NCBI GenBank assembly: GCA_902780865.1
Contig: CACZHC010000048.1
Span: forward strand, 2,890 to 66,889
Length of the DNA stretch: 64,000 nt
From: an uncultured bacterium
Lineage (GTDB): Bacteria; Verrucomicrobiota; Kiritimatiellia; RFP12; UBA1067
Direction: 5' to 3'
Part shown: one piece after another, positions 47,274 to 55,126 of the stretch
Layout of the letters: every line of letters starts with the position of its first letter
Numbering within the stretch: position 1 is the first letter of the stretch
Notes under the pieces: model-generated
Seen by the model: the letters and a program-made list of their open reading frames with translations, nothing else
Databases searched by the model: none
Told to the model about the DNA's origin: nothing
Program-made: the position numbers and the translations under genes

Positions 47274-48166
47274 CGGACATCCCTCCTCGCAAAGACGGCA
47301 TGACCGACTGAAAGATAGAGAAGCCCGAGCATCACAAGCCAGGTTGCGCTCGCCGCAACGGGCATGAACGACGAGCGCCAAAGCGCGGCGTCCACCGACG
47401 ACGGGAAGAGGCGAACAAACACAAGAAGCTTCCCGCCGAGCCAGGCGGAGCCAAAGCCCTTCAGGATCGCCGGCACGACGGAAAAGGCGATCATGAGGAG
47501 TATCGCCACGGCGTCGGCCTTCGCGCCCGACTTGAATAGATGCGAGACTCCAAGCGCGAGCCCAAGCCACGCAAGCGAGAGGAACCACGCCTTCACGGAC
47601 CAGACGATCATCGCGGGAAGGAGCGCCGGAATGTCCGCGCCCGAGAGCCGGAACGCCGCTACTATCCACGCCGCTACCGCTCCTACGAGAAGCCCGGCGA
47701 GCATCATCAGCGCAATCCCAAAATACTTGCCAAGCGTCCATTCAAGCCGCGTCACGCGAAGCAGCATGTACTTCGCCGCGCCCGACTTCACTTCCTCCGC
47801 GACGCGCCTCGTCGCGACAAGCACCGTCAAGAGCGGCACCGCAAGAAAGACGATCCACGCGTAGATGAGCTCGGCGGGGTGCTTCCCGACAATGTCGTCG
47901 TAGATTAGAGAATCGCCGACCGCGCTGCGGACGAGATGTTGGAACGGCTTCGACTTCCAGAGCGCCGCGGAAACGACGCCGCTCTTGCCCTCGACCTTCT
48001 CGACCTGGAGAATTTCCGCGAGTCGGTCTTCCATCTTGCCGAGCGCCGTTATCGCGCCGCTCATCCCGAGAAGGGACGCGGCGAGATAGAGCGCGACGAG
48101 CACGATGGCGCGGCGCGTACGCACCGCGGCGGCGAGCTCGAAAAGCGCAACGCGGATGGTTCTCAT
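47270..48166 (-). CDS. ABC-2 type transporter permease
   Basis: Start MRTIRVALFELAAAV, with the ATG at 48166 overlapping the upstream stop. Six hydrophobic segments or so. Confidence 0.8.
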   Translation of the reverse strand: MRTIRVALFELAAAVRTRRAIVLVALYLAASLLGMSGAITALGKMEDRLAEILQVEKVEGKSGVVSAALWKSKPFQHLVRSAVGDSLIYDDIVGKHPAELIYAWIVFLAVPLLTVLVATRRVAEEVKSGAAKYMLLRVTRLEWTLGKYFGIALMMLAGLLVGAVAAWIVAAFRLSGADIPALLPAMIVWSVKAWFLSLAWLGLALGVSHLFKSGAKADAVAILLMIAFSVVPAILKGFGSAWLGGKLLVFVRLFPSSVDAALWRSSFMPVAASATWLVMLGLLYLSVGHAVFARRDVR

Positions 48167-48906
48167 TTCCCCGGCCTTTCCCCGAAGTCCTCGAGCTTGT
48201 CCTGCACGGCGATAAGCGGTTCGCCTACGGAAGGGTCGATGAAGTCGGTGAGCTGAAGCTTTGAGACTTCGCCGCGATGGTCTTCGTCGACACAAGTGCC
48301 GATCGCGTCATACGCCTCGGCGAGCGACGTCGAGATGTCGCCCATGAGACGGACGCCGAGCTCTGGCGTCATCGCCTCTGCGGACGCGACGCGGTCGGCC
48401 ACTATCTGAATCGACTCGCGCAGCTTCGCGTTCATATCCTCAAGCGCATCGTTGAACGACTCGGCGCTCTTGTCGTCGAGGCCAAGCTTCTCGATCGCCG
48501 AAGCGCGCGCGACCTCGATGCGCGTGCGCCAAAGCTCGGCCGCTTCGTCGATGCGCGCGCGCAAATCCTCTGGCGCGACGCGCTTGCGTTTTTGTGGTAG
48601 GGGCGCTTCTCCGCCGCGACCGTCGGCTGATTCGCCTGGTAGGGGCGCCTCTCCGAGGCGACCGGCGACGGCGGTTGCGTTCGTTGAAGGTTTCGTATCT
48701 TTCACACGGCGCGGGCGTTTGGCGACTTCGGGAATGTTGACGAGTTCGGTGAAGGAGCCAAAGGCGTTCTTTGGCTTCGCCTTCGTCTTTTCCTCCTGTT
48801 CGCGCACGTCGCGCGAACGCAGTTCCTCGGCCGGGCCGTAGTAACCGACAAGCCCGCCCGCGATGAACACAAGCGGCAGCCAAACTATCACAGGTATCTT
48901 TTTCAT
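48163..48906 (-). CDS. Membrane-anchored hypothetical protein, first gene of the ABC operon, with repeat-derived insertion
   Basis: MKKIPVIVWLPLVFIAGGLVGYY is a TM anchor. The internal segment AGRLGEAPLPGESADGRGGEAPLPQ is encoded by two repeat half-elements. Confidence 0.7.
   Translation of the reverse strand: MKKIPVIVWLPLVFIAGGLVGYYGPAEELRSRDVREQEEKTKAKPKNAFGSFTELVNIPEVAKRPRRVKDTKPSTNATAVAGRLGEAPLPGESADGRGGEAPLPQKRKRVAPEDLRARIDEAAELWRTRIEVARASAIEKLGLDDKSAESFNDALEDMNAKLRESIQIVADRVASAEAMTPELGVRLMGDISTSLAEAYDAIGTCVDEDHRGEVSKLQLTDFIDPSVGEPLIAVQDKLEDFGERPGK
48595..48664. repeat. Two tandem half-copies of the GGTAGGGGCG element inside a CDS
   Basis: ggtaggggcgcttctccgccgcgaccg ... ggtaggggcgcctctccgaggcgaccg. 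Confidence 0.8.
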
Positions 48907-48917
48907 GTTTTGTATTC

Positions 48918-48957
48918 CTCTCTGCGTACTCTGCGCCTCTGCGCCTCTGCGTTAAAA
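48918..48957. repeat. CTCTGCG-iteration / CTCTGCGTTAAA repeat (family B), intergenic
   Basis: ctctctgcgtactctgcgcctctgcgcctctgcgttaaaa. Related copies occur at 50711-50818, 60415-60570 and 61886-61988. Confidence 0.75.
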
Positions 48958-48961
48958 AACT

Positions 48962-50683
48962 TCACCCAATTCTTTCCAAGAATCTTCCGGCTCTGTTCTC
49001 CGAGAACTTTCCGTCAGCATACGACACCACGCCGTTCACCACGACGGCCTTCACTCCGCTCGAGAACTGATGCGGCTCGACGTACGTCGCCTTCGACGCG
49101 AACTCGTCTTCCTTCCAGATCGCGAGATCGGCGAACGCGCCTTTCTCGATTACGCCGCGATGCGCTATGCCGAAGCGACGCGCGGGAACGGATGTCATGC
49201 GAGCGATCGCCTCTTCGCGCGAAACGCCGAGCGCCCTGACGCGGCGGTAGAACTCGGGCATCGTGCCGTATGCGCGAGGGTGCGGGTGGTCCGCGCCGAG
49301 GGGACCCCACGGTGCGCGAAGGGAAGCGTCGCTTCCGGGGACGATCCACGGACGCAAGAGAATCTTGTCTAAGTTCTCTTCGCTCATCCCGAAGAAGAAC
49401 GCGCCGGTCTTGCAGCCGTCGAGTTCGAGGATGCGGCAGATTAGTTCTCCTGGTAGGGACGCGTCTCCGACGCGTCCGCGGTCGCCTCGGAGAGGCGCCC
49501 CTACCAAAAGCGGCCCCACCATGTCGCCCATCGCGCATTGTGAACCCAAAATTTCAGCAACTGTCTTGCCGCTGAGCGGCTTGGTGGATTCGTGCCACGT
49601 GCCGCCTATCATCACCGTCGACCAATCGCGGTCTGACGCGTTGATCTCGGCGACGATCTTCGCGCGCGTCGCGGGATCTGCGAGACGCGCCATCTCCGCG
49701 GGCGCGGCGCCTTCTTGCGCCCAGTCGGGAAGAACAATGTCGAGGTCTGTCCCCGCCGCGCAGAACGGATAGCGGTCACTTCCGAGAAGAAGTCCTTCGC
49801 CAATCGCGTTCTCAATTTTTTCAAGCACTGCATCGATCTTGTGCCAGTTTCTTTTCCCACTCGTTTTGAGGTGAGAAACTTCCGCGCGGATTCCTGTCGC
49901 CTTCACGAGGTCGATCACTTCGTCAATCGCCTCGAGAATCCTGTCGCCCTCCGATCGCATGTGCGTCGCGTAGAATCCGCCGCGCTCCGCGGCGACTTTA
50001 GCGAGCGCTATGACTTCTTCGGGCGTCGAGTATTTTCCCGGCTGGTAGATGAGCCCCGTCGTGAGGCCCCAGCCGCCGGCGTCGAGGGACTCGGAGAGAA
50101 GTCGCTGCATCTCCTTTAGCTCGTCGCTCGTCGCCGCGCGTCCGGCATAGCCGACGACGGATGAGCGGAGAGTGTTGTGGCCGATGAACTGGATTGTGTT
50201 TATCGCTGGCTTCGCCGCTTCGAGGACTGTGCGATACTCTGCGAGCGAGCGCCAGGTGAGGCGAGAGCCGAGCAGTGTCGCCCAATCGCCCGAGAGACGC
50301 GCCTCGCCATAGCGCGGCGCGATAGAGCCGCCACACTGGCCGTTGATTTCAGTAGTGATTCCTTGGGAGATTTTCGACGGCGCGTCTGGCTCGAGAACGA
50401 GATATGCATCGGAGTGCGCGTGGGCGTCGATGAAGCCGGGGCTCACGATGCAGCCGGTGGCATCGATGGTAGCAGCTTTGCTATTTTGTTTTTGCCACAA
50501 AGAACGCAAAGGGTCGCAAAGTGTTTTGGGGTCTGGGGCGGAGCCCCAGTTTCCTTGTGAACTTTGCGTTCTTTGCGGCTTAATAATATCGACAATCTTG
50601 TCGCCTTCGACTACGACATCGCCATGGAACCCGGGCTTCCCCGAGCCATCAACAATCAAACCATTCTGTATTATCAGCGTCAT
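48962..50683 (-). CDS. N-acyl-D-amino-acid deacylase (D-aminoacylase) family amidohydrolase with two repeat-derived in-frame insertions
   Basis: MTLIIQNGLIVDGSGKPGFHGDVVVEGDKIVDI...SPGFIDAHAHSD (metal-binding HxH), ...GSDRYPF...PGSDAS. The insertions lie at 49452-49505 and 50494-50578. Confidence 0.85.
   Translation of the reverse strand: MTLIIQNGLIVDGSGKPGFHGDVVVEGDKIVDIIKPQRTQSSQGNWGSAPDPKTLCDPLRSLWQKQNSKAATIDATGCIVSPGFIDAHAHSDAYLVLEPDAPSKISQGITTEINGQCGGSIAPRYGEARLSGDWATLLGSRLTWRSLAEYRTVLEAAKPAINTIQFIGHNTLRSSVVGYAGRAATSDELKEMQRLLSESLDAGGWGLTTGLIYQPGKYSTPEEVIALAKVAAERGGFYATHMRSEGDRILEAIDEVIDLVKATGIRAEVSHLKTSGKRNWHKIDAVLEKIENAIGEGLLLGSDRYPFCAAGTDLDIVLPDWAQEGAAPAEMARLADPATRAKIVAEINASDRDWSTVMIGGTWHESTKPLSGKTVAEILGSQCAMGDMVGPLLVGAPLRGDRGRVGDASLPGELICRILELDGCKTGAFFFGMSEENLDKILLRPWIVPGSDASLRAPWGPLGADHPHPRAYGTMPEFYRRVRALGVSREEAIARMTSVPARRFGIAHRGVIEKGAFADLAIWKEDEFASKATYVEPHQFSSGVKAVVVNGVVSYADGKFSENRAGRFLERIG
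49452..49505. repeat. 54-nt GGTAGGGACG...CGCCCCTACC element inside the D-aminoacylase CDS
   Basis: ggtagggacgcgtctccgacgcgtccgcggtcgcctcggagaggcgcccctacc (counted as 54 nt). It is translated as VGAPLRGDRGRVGDASLP. Confidence 0.9.
50494..50578. repeat. Second palindromic element (CCACAAAGAACGCAAAG...CTTTGCGTTCTTTGCGG) inside the D-aminoacylase CDS
   Basis: The inverted arms flank the hairpin ctggggcggagccccag. It encodes PQRTQSSQGNWGSAPDPKTLCDPLRSLWQKQ, lying between the conserved GDKIVDI and IDATG...PGFID motifs. Confidence 0.8.
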
Positions 50684-50710
50684 TATAATTCATTCGTCTG
50701 GTGTATTGTT

Positions 50711-50818
50711 TTTTAACGCAGAGTCGCAGAGACGCAGAGTAGTATTGTAGCTCTTTGAAGTTTTCTCCGTATCTATCTTTCTCTGCGCACTTCGCGTCTT
50801 CGCGTCTCTGCGTTAAAA
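50711..50818. repeat. Family B palindrome (TTTTAACGCAGAG...CTCTGCGTTAAAA), intergenic
   Basis: ttttaacgcagagtcgcagagacgcagag ... ctctgcgcacttcgcgtcttcgcgtctctgcgttaaaa. Confidence 0.85.
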
Positions 50819-50864
50819 TCTAAACTGCCGCCTTTAGGTTTGTTGTCTTCCCAATCTTGTTTTT

Positions 50865-51960
50865 TTATTTTAGGAACTTGAAGCACAGCGGGCGCCAGCA
50901 GGGAATTGGTTCGCCAACGGCTTTAAGCTCGCACTTCTCGCGGTTGAACGCATAGACCTGAATCTCGTTCGACATCTTGTGCCCGACGACCATGAACTTC
51001 TCGCCCGGCATCAGCTCGAAGTCGCGCGGGAACTTGCCGGTCAGCTTCGAAACATTCTTCAGCATGAGCGTGCCGTCGTCGTTCACGGCGAAGAATGCGA
51101 TCGAGTCGTGCCCGCGGTTCGACGCCATCAGGATCTTGCCGTCGGCTGTCAGCTTGATCGCCGCGGCCTTTGTCTCTGTCTCCTTAAGTGTGCAACCCTC
51201 GGGCAGCATCGACCACTTGCCGATGCGCTTAAATGGTAGGGACGGCTCTCCGAGCCGTCCGCGGGCGTCTTGGAAAGACGCCCCTACCCGTCGACGACAA
51301 CTCGTTCACTACAAAGAGGAACTTGCCGTCGTTTGAGAAGATCGCGTGACGCGGACCGTCGCCAGGATCGGCCTTTAGCGTGACAACTGGCTTTTCAAGT
51401 CCACCCGACTTCTTGTACTCGTAGAAGTTCACCCTATCACAGCCGAGATCGCACACGCCCATGAGCTTCCCGTCGGGCGTGTAGAACGTCTGGTGCGCGA
51501 ACGCCTTTTGCTGGCGGTCCTTGCGCGGACCAACCGCATCGTTAGGCAATGCGGCGCTCGTCAGCTGGCATGAGTCCAACGCCATCACTCCGTAAATTCC
51601 CGACCAGTAAACCGCAACCGACATGATGCTCTCGTCTGGCGAAAGCACGACATGGCACGGCGTCTCGCACGAAAGCTCGGCAAGCTTCGTCATCTTGCCG
51701 ATGCGGTGATTCTCGACGTCGAACTTGACGAGCGCGCCATGAGACTTGTTGTCGCCCTTCTCCGCGACGACGGAATAGAGCGTCTTCCCGTCCTTGGATA
51801 TCTGGTAGTACGTCGTTCCCTCGCAGCCGTTCACCGACTGGACGATCTTCGCGGCGCCGGTTTCGGTGTCGCACTCGAGAACCTTGAGCGCGTCCTTGTC
51901 GGGCGAGCCCGTGTTGCATCCGACAATGCAGTAGACGGTGGCGGCAATCATGGTGTTCAT
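50865..51960 (-). pseudogene. Lactonase (7-bladed beta-propeller, 6-phosphogluconolactonase-like) split into two ORFs at the edge of a 54-nt repeat element
   Basis: ORF 51229..51960 (..GPRHAIFSNDGKFLFVVNELSST) and ORF 50865..51209 (..ADGKILMASNRGHDSIAFFAVNDDG..) are consecutive parts of one propeller protein. They are in different frames. Confidence 0.65.
51235..51288. repeat. 54-nt GGTAGGGACG...CGCCCCTACC element at the lactonase break point
   Basis: ggtagggacggctctccgagccgtccgcgggcgtcttggaaagacgcccctacc. Its canonical phase (VGASFQDARGRLGEPSLP) is continuous with the downstream lactonase frame. Confidence 0.9.
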
Positions 51961-52019
51961 TTTCCGCAGATTTCCTTGTGACCTTTGTGGCTAAACTTCA
52001 TAGCTCTTTATCCTTTTCC

Positions 52020-52073
52020 GGTAGGGGCGTGTCTCCGACGCGCCCGCGGGCGTCTCGGAGAGACGCCCCTACC
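52020..52073. repeat. 54-nt GGTAGGGGCG...CGCCCCTACC element, intergenic copy
   Basis: ggtaggggcgtgtctccgacgcgcccgcgggcgtctcggagagacgcccctacc, between the lactonase start and the UPF0210 stop. Confidence 0.9.
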
Positions 52074-52076
52074 AAT

Positions 52077-53444
52077 TTAATTCTTGAACGAATGAATAGG
52101 AGCCGGTATTCTTCCCTTGCGAGCAATCATCTTCTCGCACGAGAACTTCGACACCTTCATCACAGGCGCATGGCCGAGAAGCCCGCCGAACTCCACCGAG
52201 TCACCGACCTTCTTCCCCGCGACGGGAATGATCCTCACTGCGGTCGTCTTCTGGTTGACCATTCCGATCGCCGCTTCGTCGGCGATTATGCCGGAGATCG
52301 TCGCCGCAGAAGTCGAGCCGGGAACGGCGATCATGTCGAGACCGACGGAACATACGCACGTCATCGCCTCGAGCTTCTCGATGGTGAGAGCGCCTGCGTT
52401 CACCGCGTCGATCATTCCCTGGTCTTCGGAAACGGGAATGAACGCGCCCGAAAGCCCGCCGACGTAGGAGCTCGCCATCACGCCGCCCTTCTTAACCTGG
52501 TCGTTGAGAAGCGCGAGCGCGGCCGTCGTTCCTGGAGCGCCAGGCTCTTCAAGGCCGATCTCGCGCAGGATGTCCGCGACCGAGTCGCCGATCGCCGGCG
52601 TCGGCGCGAGCGAGAGGTCGATGATTCCGAAGGGAACGCCGAGACGCTTCGACGCCTCCTGCGCGACGAGCTGACCGACGCGCGTGATCTTGAACGCCGT
52701 CTTCTTGATTGTCTCGCAAAGAGTCTCGAAGCCGACTCCGCGGCAAGTGTGCCGCAGCACGTGGTTGACGACGCCAGGTCCCGAGACGCCGACGTTGATC
52801 ACGGCATCCGCTTCGCTCACGCCGTGGAATGCGCCGGCCATGAAGGGATTGTCGTCGGGAGCGTTGCAGAGGACGACGAGTTTCGCGCAGCCGATCGAGC
52901 CACGGCTCTTCGTCTTCGCCGCCGTCTCCTTCACGATCTCGCCCATGAGCCGCACGGCGTCCATGTCGATGCCGGTTTTCGTCGAGCCGACGTTGACGGA
53001 CGAGCAGACTCGCTCGGTCGCAGCCATCGCGGCGGGAATCGAGCGAATGAGAAGTTCGTCTGCGGGCGTCATTCCCTTCGATACGATTGCGGAGTAGCCG
53101 CCGATGAAGTTGATGCCGAGCTTCTTCGCCGCGCGGTCGAGCGTCTTCGCTATCTTCACGAAGTCGGACGGCTTCTTGCAGCAGGACGAGCCGACGATCG
53201 CGGCGGGCGTGATGGAGACGCGCTTGTTGACGACTGGCACGCCGAACTCGCGGCCAATGTCGTCGCCGGTCTTCACGAGGTCTTTCGCGAGACGCGTTAT
53301 CTTAGCGTAGATTTTGTCGCAAGTCTTCTTGACGGACGAGTCCGCGCAGTCAAGCAGCGAGATGCCCATTGTAATCGTCCGGACGTCGAGGTTCTCCTCG
53401 AGAATCATCCGGTTCGTTTCAAGAACTTCAGAGATATTGATCAT
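52077..53444 (-). CDS. UPF0210 (PFL4/DUF711) family protein
   Basis: [33 protein letters not shown] is the typical UPF0210 N-terminus. 455 aa, paired with an ACT protein as usual for the family. Confidence 0.85.
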   Translation of the reverse strand: MINISEVLETNRMILEENLDVRTITMGISLLDCADSSVKKTCDKIYAKITRLAKDLVKTGDDIGREFGVPVVNKRVSITPAAIVGSSCCKKPSDFVKIAKTLDRAAKKLGINFIGGYSAIVSKGMTPADELLIRSIPAAMAATERVCSSVNVGSTKTGIDMDAVRLMGEIVKETAAKTKSRGSIGCAKLVVLCNAPDDNPFMAGAFHGVSEADAVINVGVSGPGVVNHVLRHTCRGVGFETLCETIKKTAFKITRVGQLVAQEASKRLGVPFGIIDLSLAPTPAIGDSVADILREIGLEEPGAPGTTAALALLNDQVKKGGVMASSYVGGLSGAFIPVSEDQGMIDAVNAGALTIEKLEAMTCVCSVGLDMIAVPGSTSAATISGIIADEAAIGMVNQKTTAVRIIPVAGKKVGDSVEFGGLLGHAPVMKVSKFSCEKMIARKGRIPAPIHSFKN

Positions 53445-53470
53445 TTCATTTGCCCGTTGATTTACTGTTT

Positions 53471-53545
53471 CGGGTTGGAGTTGGAGTCTTGAGTTGGAGA
53501 ATGGAATTCTAAATTCCTCTCTCGAACTCGAACTTTGAACTCCAA
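53471..53545. repeat. Imperfect palindrome of GGAGTTGGAGT / AACTCCAACT words centred on GAATTC
   Basis: gggttggagttggagtcttgagttggagaatggaattctaaattcctctctcgaactcgaactttgaactccaac. The same word family occurs at 62021-62107. Confidence 0.7.
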
Positions 53546-53549
53546 CTTC

Positions 53550-53822
53550 TTACACTCGGTGCATCTTCTCGAATATCTCGCTCTTCTGGCAGCGGATGCG
53601 CATGCCCATGCCGCTTCCGAGCTTCGCGAGCTCCGCGCCGAGCTTGTCGAAGGTCTTCTTGTATTTCGCCGCGTCGACGATCATCATCATGTTGAAGAAA
53701 CCGCCGGTGACGGTCTGGCTGATGTCGAGGATGTTGATGTTGTTCTTGGCGAGGTACGTGCAGGTTTTCGCGAGAATGCCGACAGCATCCTTACCGACGA
53801 CGGTAATGATAATCTTTTTCAT
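53550..53822 (-). CDS. ACT domain protein (UPF0237 family)
   Basis: MKKIIITVVGKDAVGILAKTCTYLAKNNINILDISQTVTGGFFNMMMIVD. Confidence 0.85.
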   Translation of the reverse strand: MKKIIITVVGKDAVGILAKTCTYLAKNNINILDISQTVTGGFFNMMMIVDAAKYKKTFDKLGAELAKLGSGMGMRIRCQKSEIFEKMHRV

Positions 53823-53854
53823 AAGTTGGTATTATATCAAAAATGGACCGTCGT

Positions 53855-54334
53855 CTACAGCGCCGAGATGTAGGGCTGGCCGCATAGGGAGCAGATCGCT
53901 CCGGCGTGGACAGGCGCGCCGCAATTCGGGCACGACCTCTCCAAGAGCTCTCCGCACATCGCGCAATACTTCCCACCGACGGGATCAGCCGCCTCGCGGT
54001 CGGGAAGGAAAAGCCGAATCTCCTCGACAAAATACTCCTTGTTCGTCGGGCAGTGTGGATTCGGGCAAAAGCCGCGGTGAAGAGGTTGAGGGATTGAGGG
54101 ATTAAGGGATTGAGGGGTTGTGGGCTGGGGGGTTGAGGGACTGAGCGAAAGATTGAACTTCTTCGCAAGCTTCTCGATAACCTCGTCGTTCAGCTTCGTT
54201 CCATCGCCCTGCTCGAACATAGAAAGCGCCGACTGCTTGCAGCCAACTTCGGTCGCAAGCTGCCCCTGGGTCAGCCCCGCCTCGCGGCGAGCCGATTTGA
54301 CGCTTTTGCAGAACTCTGGATTCAGGTTTTTCAA
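53855..54334 (-). CDS. XRE-family HTH protein with C-terminal double zinc ribbon and P/Q/S-rich repeat linker
   Basis: ARREAGLTQGQLATEVGCKQSALSMFEQG is the HTH. CPNPHCP..., CAMCGE...CPNCGA...CSLCG. TTG start. The linker is encoded by octamer repeats at 54084-54146. Confidence 0.75.
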   Translation of the reverse strand: MKNLNPEFCKSVKSARREAGLTQGQLATEVGCKQSALSMFEQGDGTKLNDEVIEKLAKKFNLSLSPSTPQPTTPQSLNPSIPQPLHRGFCPNPHCPTNKEYFVEEIRLFLPDREAADPVGGKYCAMCGELLERSCPNCGAPVHAGAICSLCGQPYISAL

Positions 54335-54358
54335 GGCGGCGATATTATGGACTTTATT

Positions 54359-54441
54359 TTATCAACTATCAAGGGGTCTAATATCAACATTATCAACAAT
54401 AATATAAACAATGTTCACAATACTGTTGATATTGTTGATTA
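54359..54441. promoter_or_regulatory. Cluster of six DnaA-box-like 9-mers (WWATCAACA / TTGTGAACA)
   Basis: TTATCAACT 54359-67, ATATCAACA 54381-89, TTATCAACA 54390-98, TGTTCACAA 54412-20, TGTTGATAT 54424-32, TGTTGATTA 54433-41. Confidence 0.5.
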
Positions 54442-54457
54442 AATATCACCTTGTCTG

Positions 54458-55126
54458 TTAATAGTTGCGCTTGACTATCTCGTCAGGAAGCAGATAGTCT
54501 TCCCCATTCTTGTGGGAAATGCCCATCTTCTCGAGTTCTGCAATGACCGGGCCGGAAACTATGTTGCCGTTGTCGGCAAAGAGCTTTTCGAGATTTGCGC
54601 GCTTCTTCGCAAGTGTTCCCTCCGGCTCGTTCGCGGCAAGAACTCCCTCAAGAACCTGGGCGCGCCTAAGACGACCTTCCGCCTCGGCTTTGTCGCGCGC
54701 CTCGCGAACGACTTCAATCACGTGATCGCGCGTCTCGCCGGTGAAGCGGTCGGGAACGTCGATGTCGCGGTCGAGAAGCGCCACCTTGTTGGAAAGCCCG
54801 TTGTCGGCGTTCGTCGCAAGAACGTCGCCCACCTTCTCAAGCGCCGCTTTCTGGTCGAGCATTTGCTTCTTTGCGAGTTCTGCCCGATCGGTTAGCTCAG
54901 AGATGCTCTTCTTCAATTCGTCAATGCTCTTCTTCAGCTCCGCGTTTTCGGCGCGGAGCGCGGAGATCGTCTCCGCCTGCTCGGCCTTGTCGGCGGCAAG
55001 AGCTTCGACGACCGCCTTCTGCACGTCGATGCTGTCGATCGCGGCTTCTTCTTCGACCTCTTCGACGGGATGTTCGACGGGCTGCGCCTTTGGCGCACCG
55101 TCATCAAGGAATTCTTCGAAGTTCAT
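54458..55126 (-). CDS. Acidic coiled-coil protein, hypothetical
   Basis: 222-aa ORF with a long heptad-like stretch (ISALRAENAELKKSIDELKKSISELTDRAELAKKQMLDQKAALEK). Its start overlaps the upstream gene's stop by 4 nt. Confidence 0.7.
   Translation of the reverse strand: MNFEEFLDDGAPKAQPVEHPVEEVEEEAAIDSIDVQKAVVEALAADKAEQAETISALRAENAELKKSIDELKKSISELTDRAELAKKQMLDQKAALEKVGDVLATNADNGLSNKVALLDRDIDVPDRFTGETRDHVIEVVREARDKAEAEGRLRRAQVLEGVLAANEPEGTLAKKRANLEKLFADNGNIVSGPVIAELEKMGISHKNGEDYLLPDEIVKRNY

Noticed and set aside
51978-53492. Plus-strand 504-aa ORF
   Set aside because: It is antisense to the UPF0210 gene. It is R/D/H-rich nonsense.
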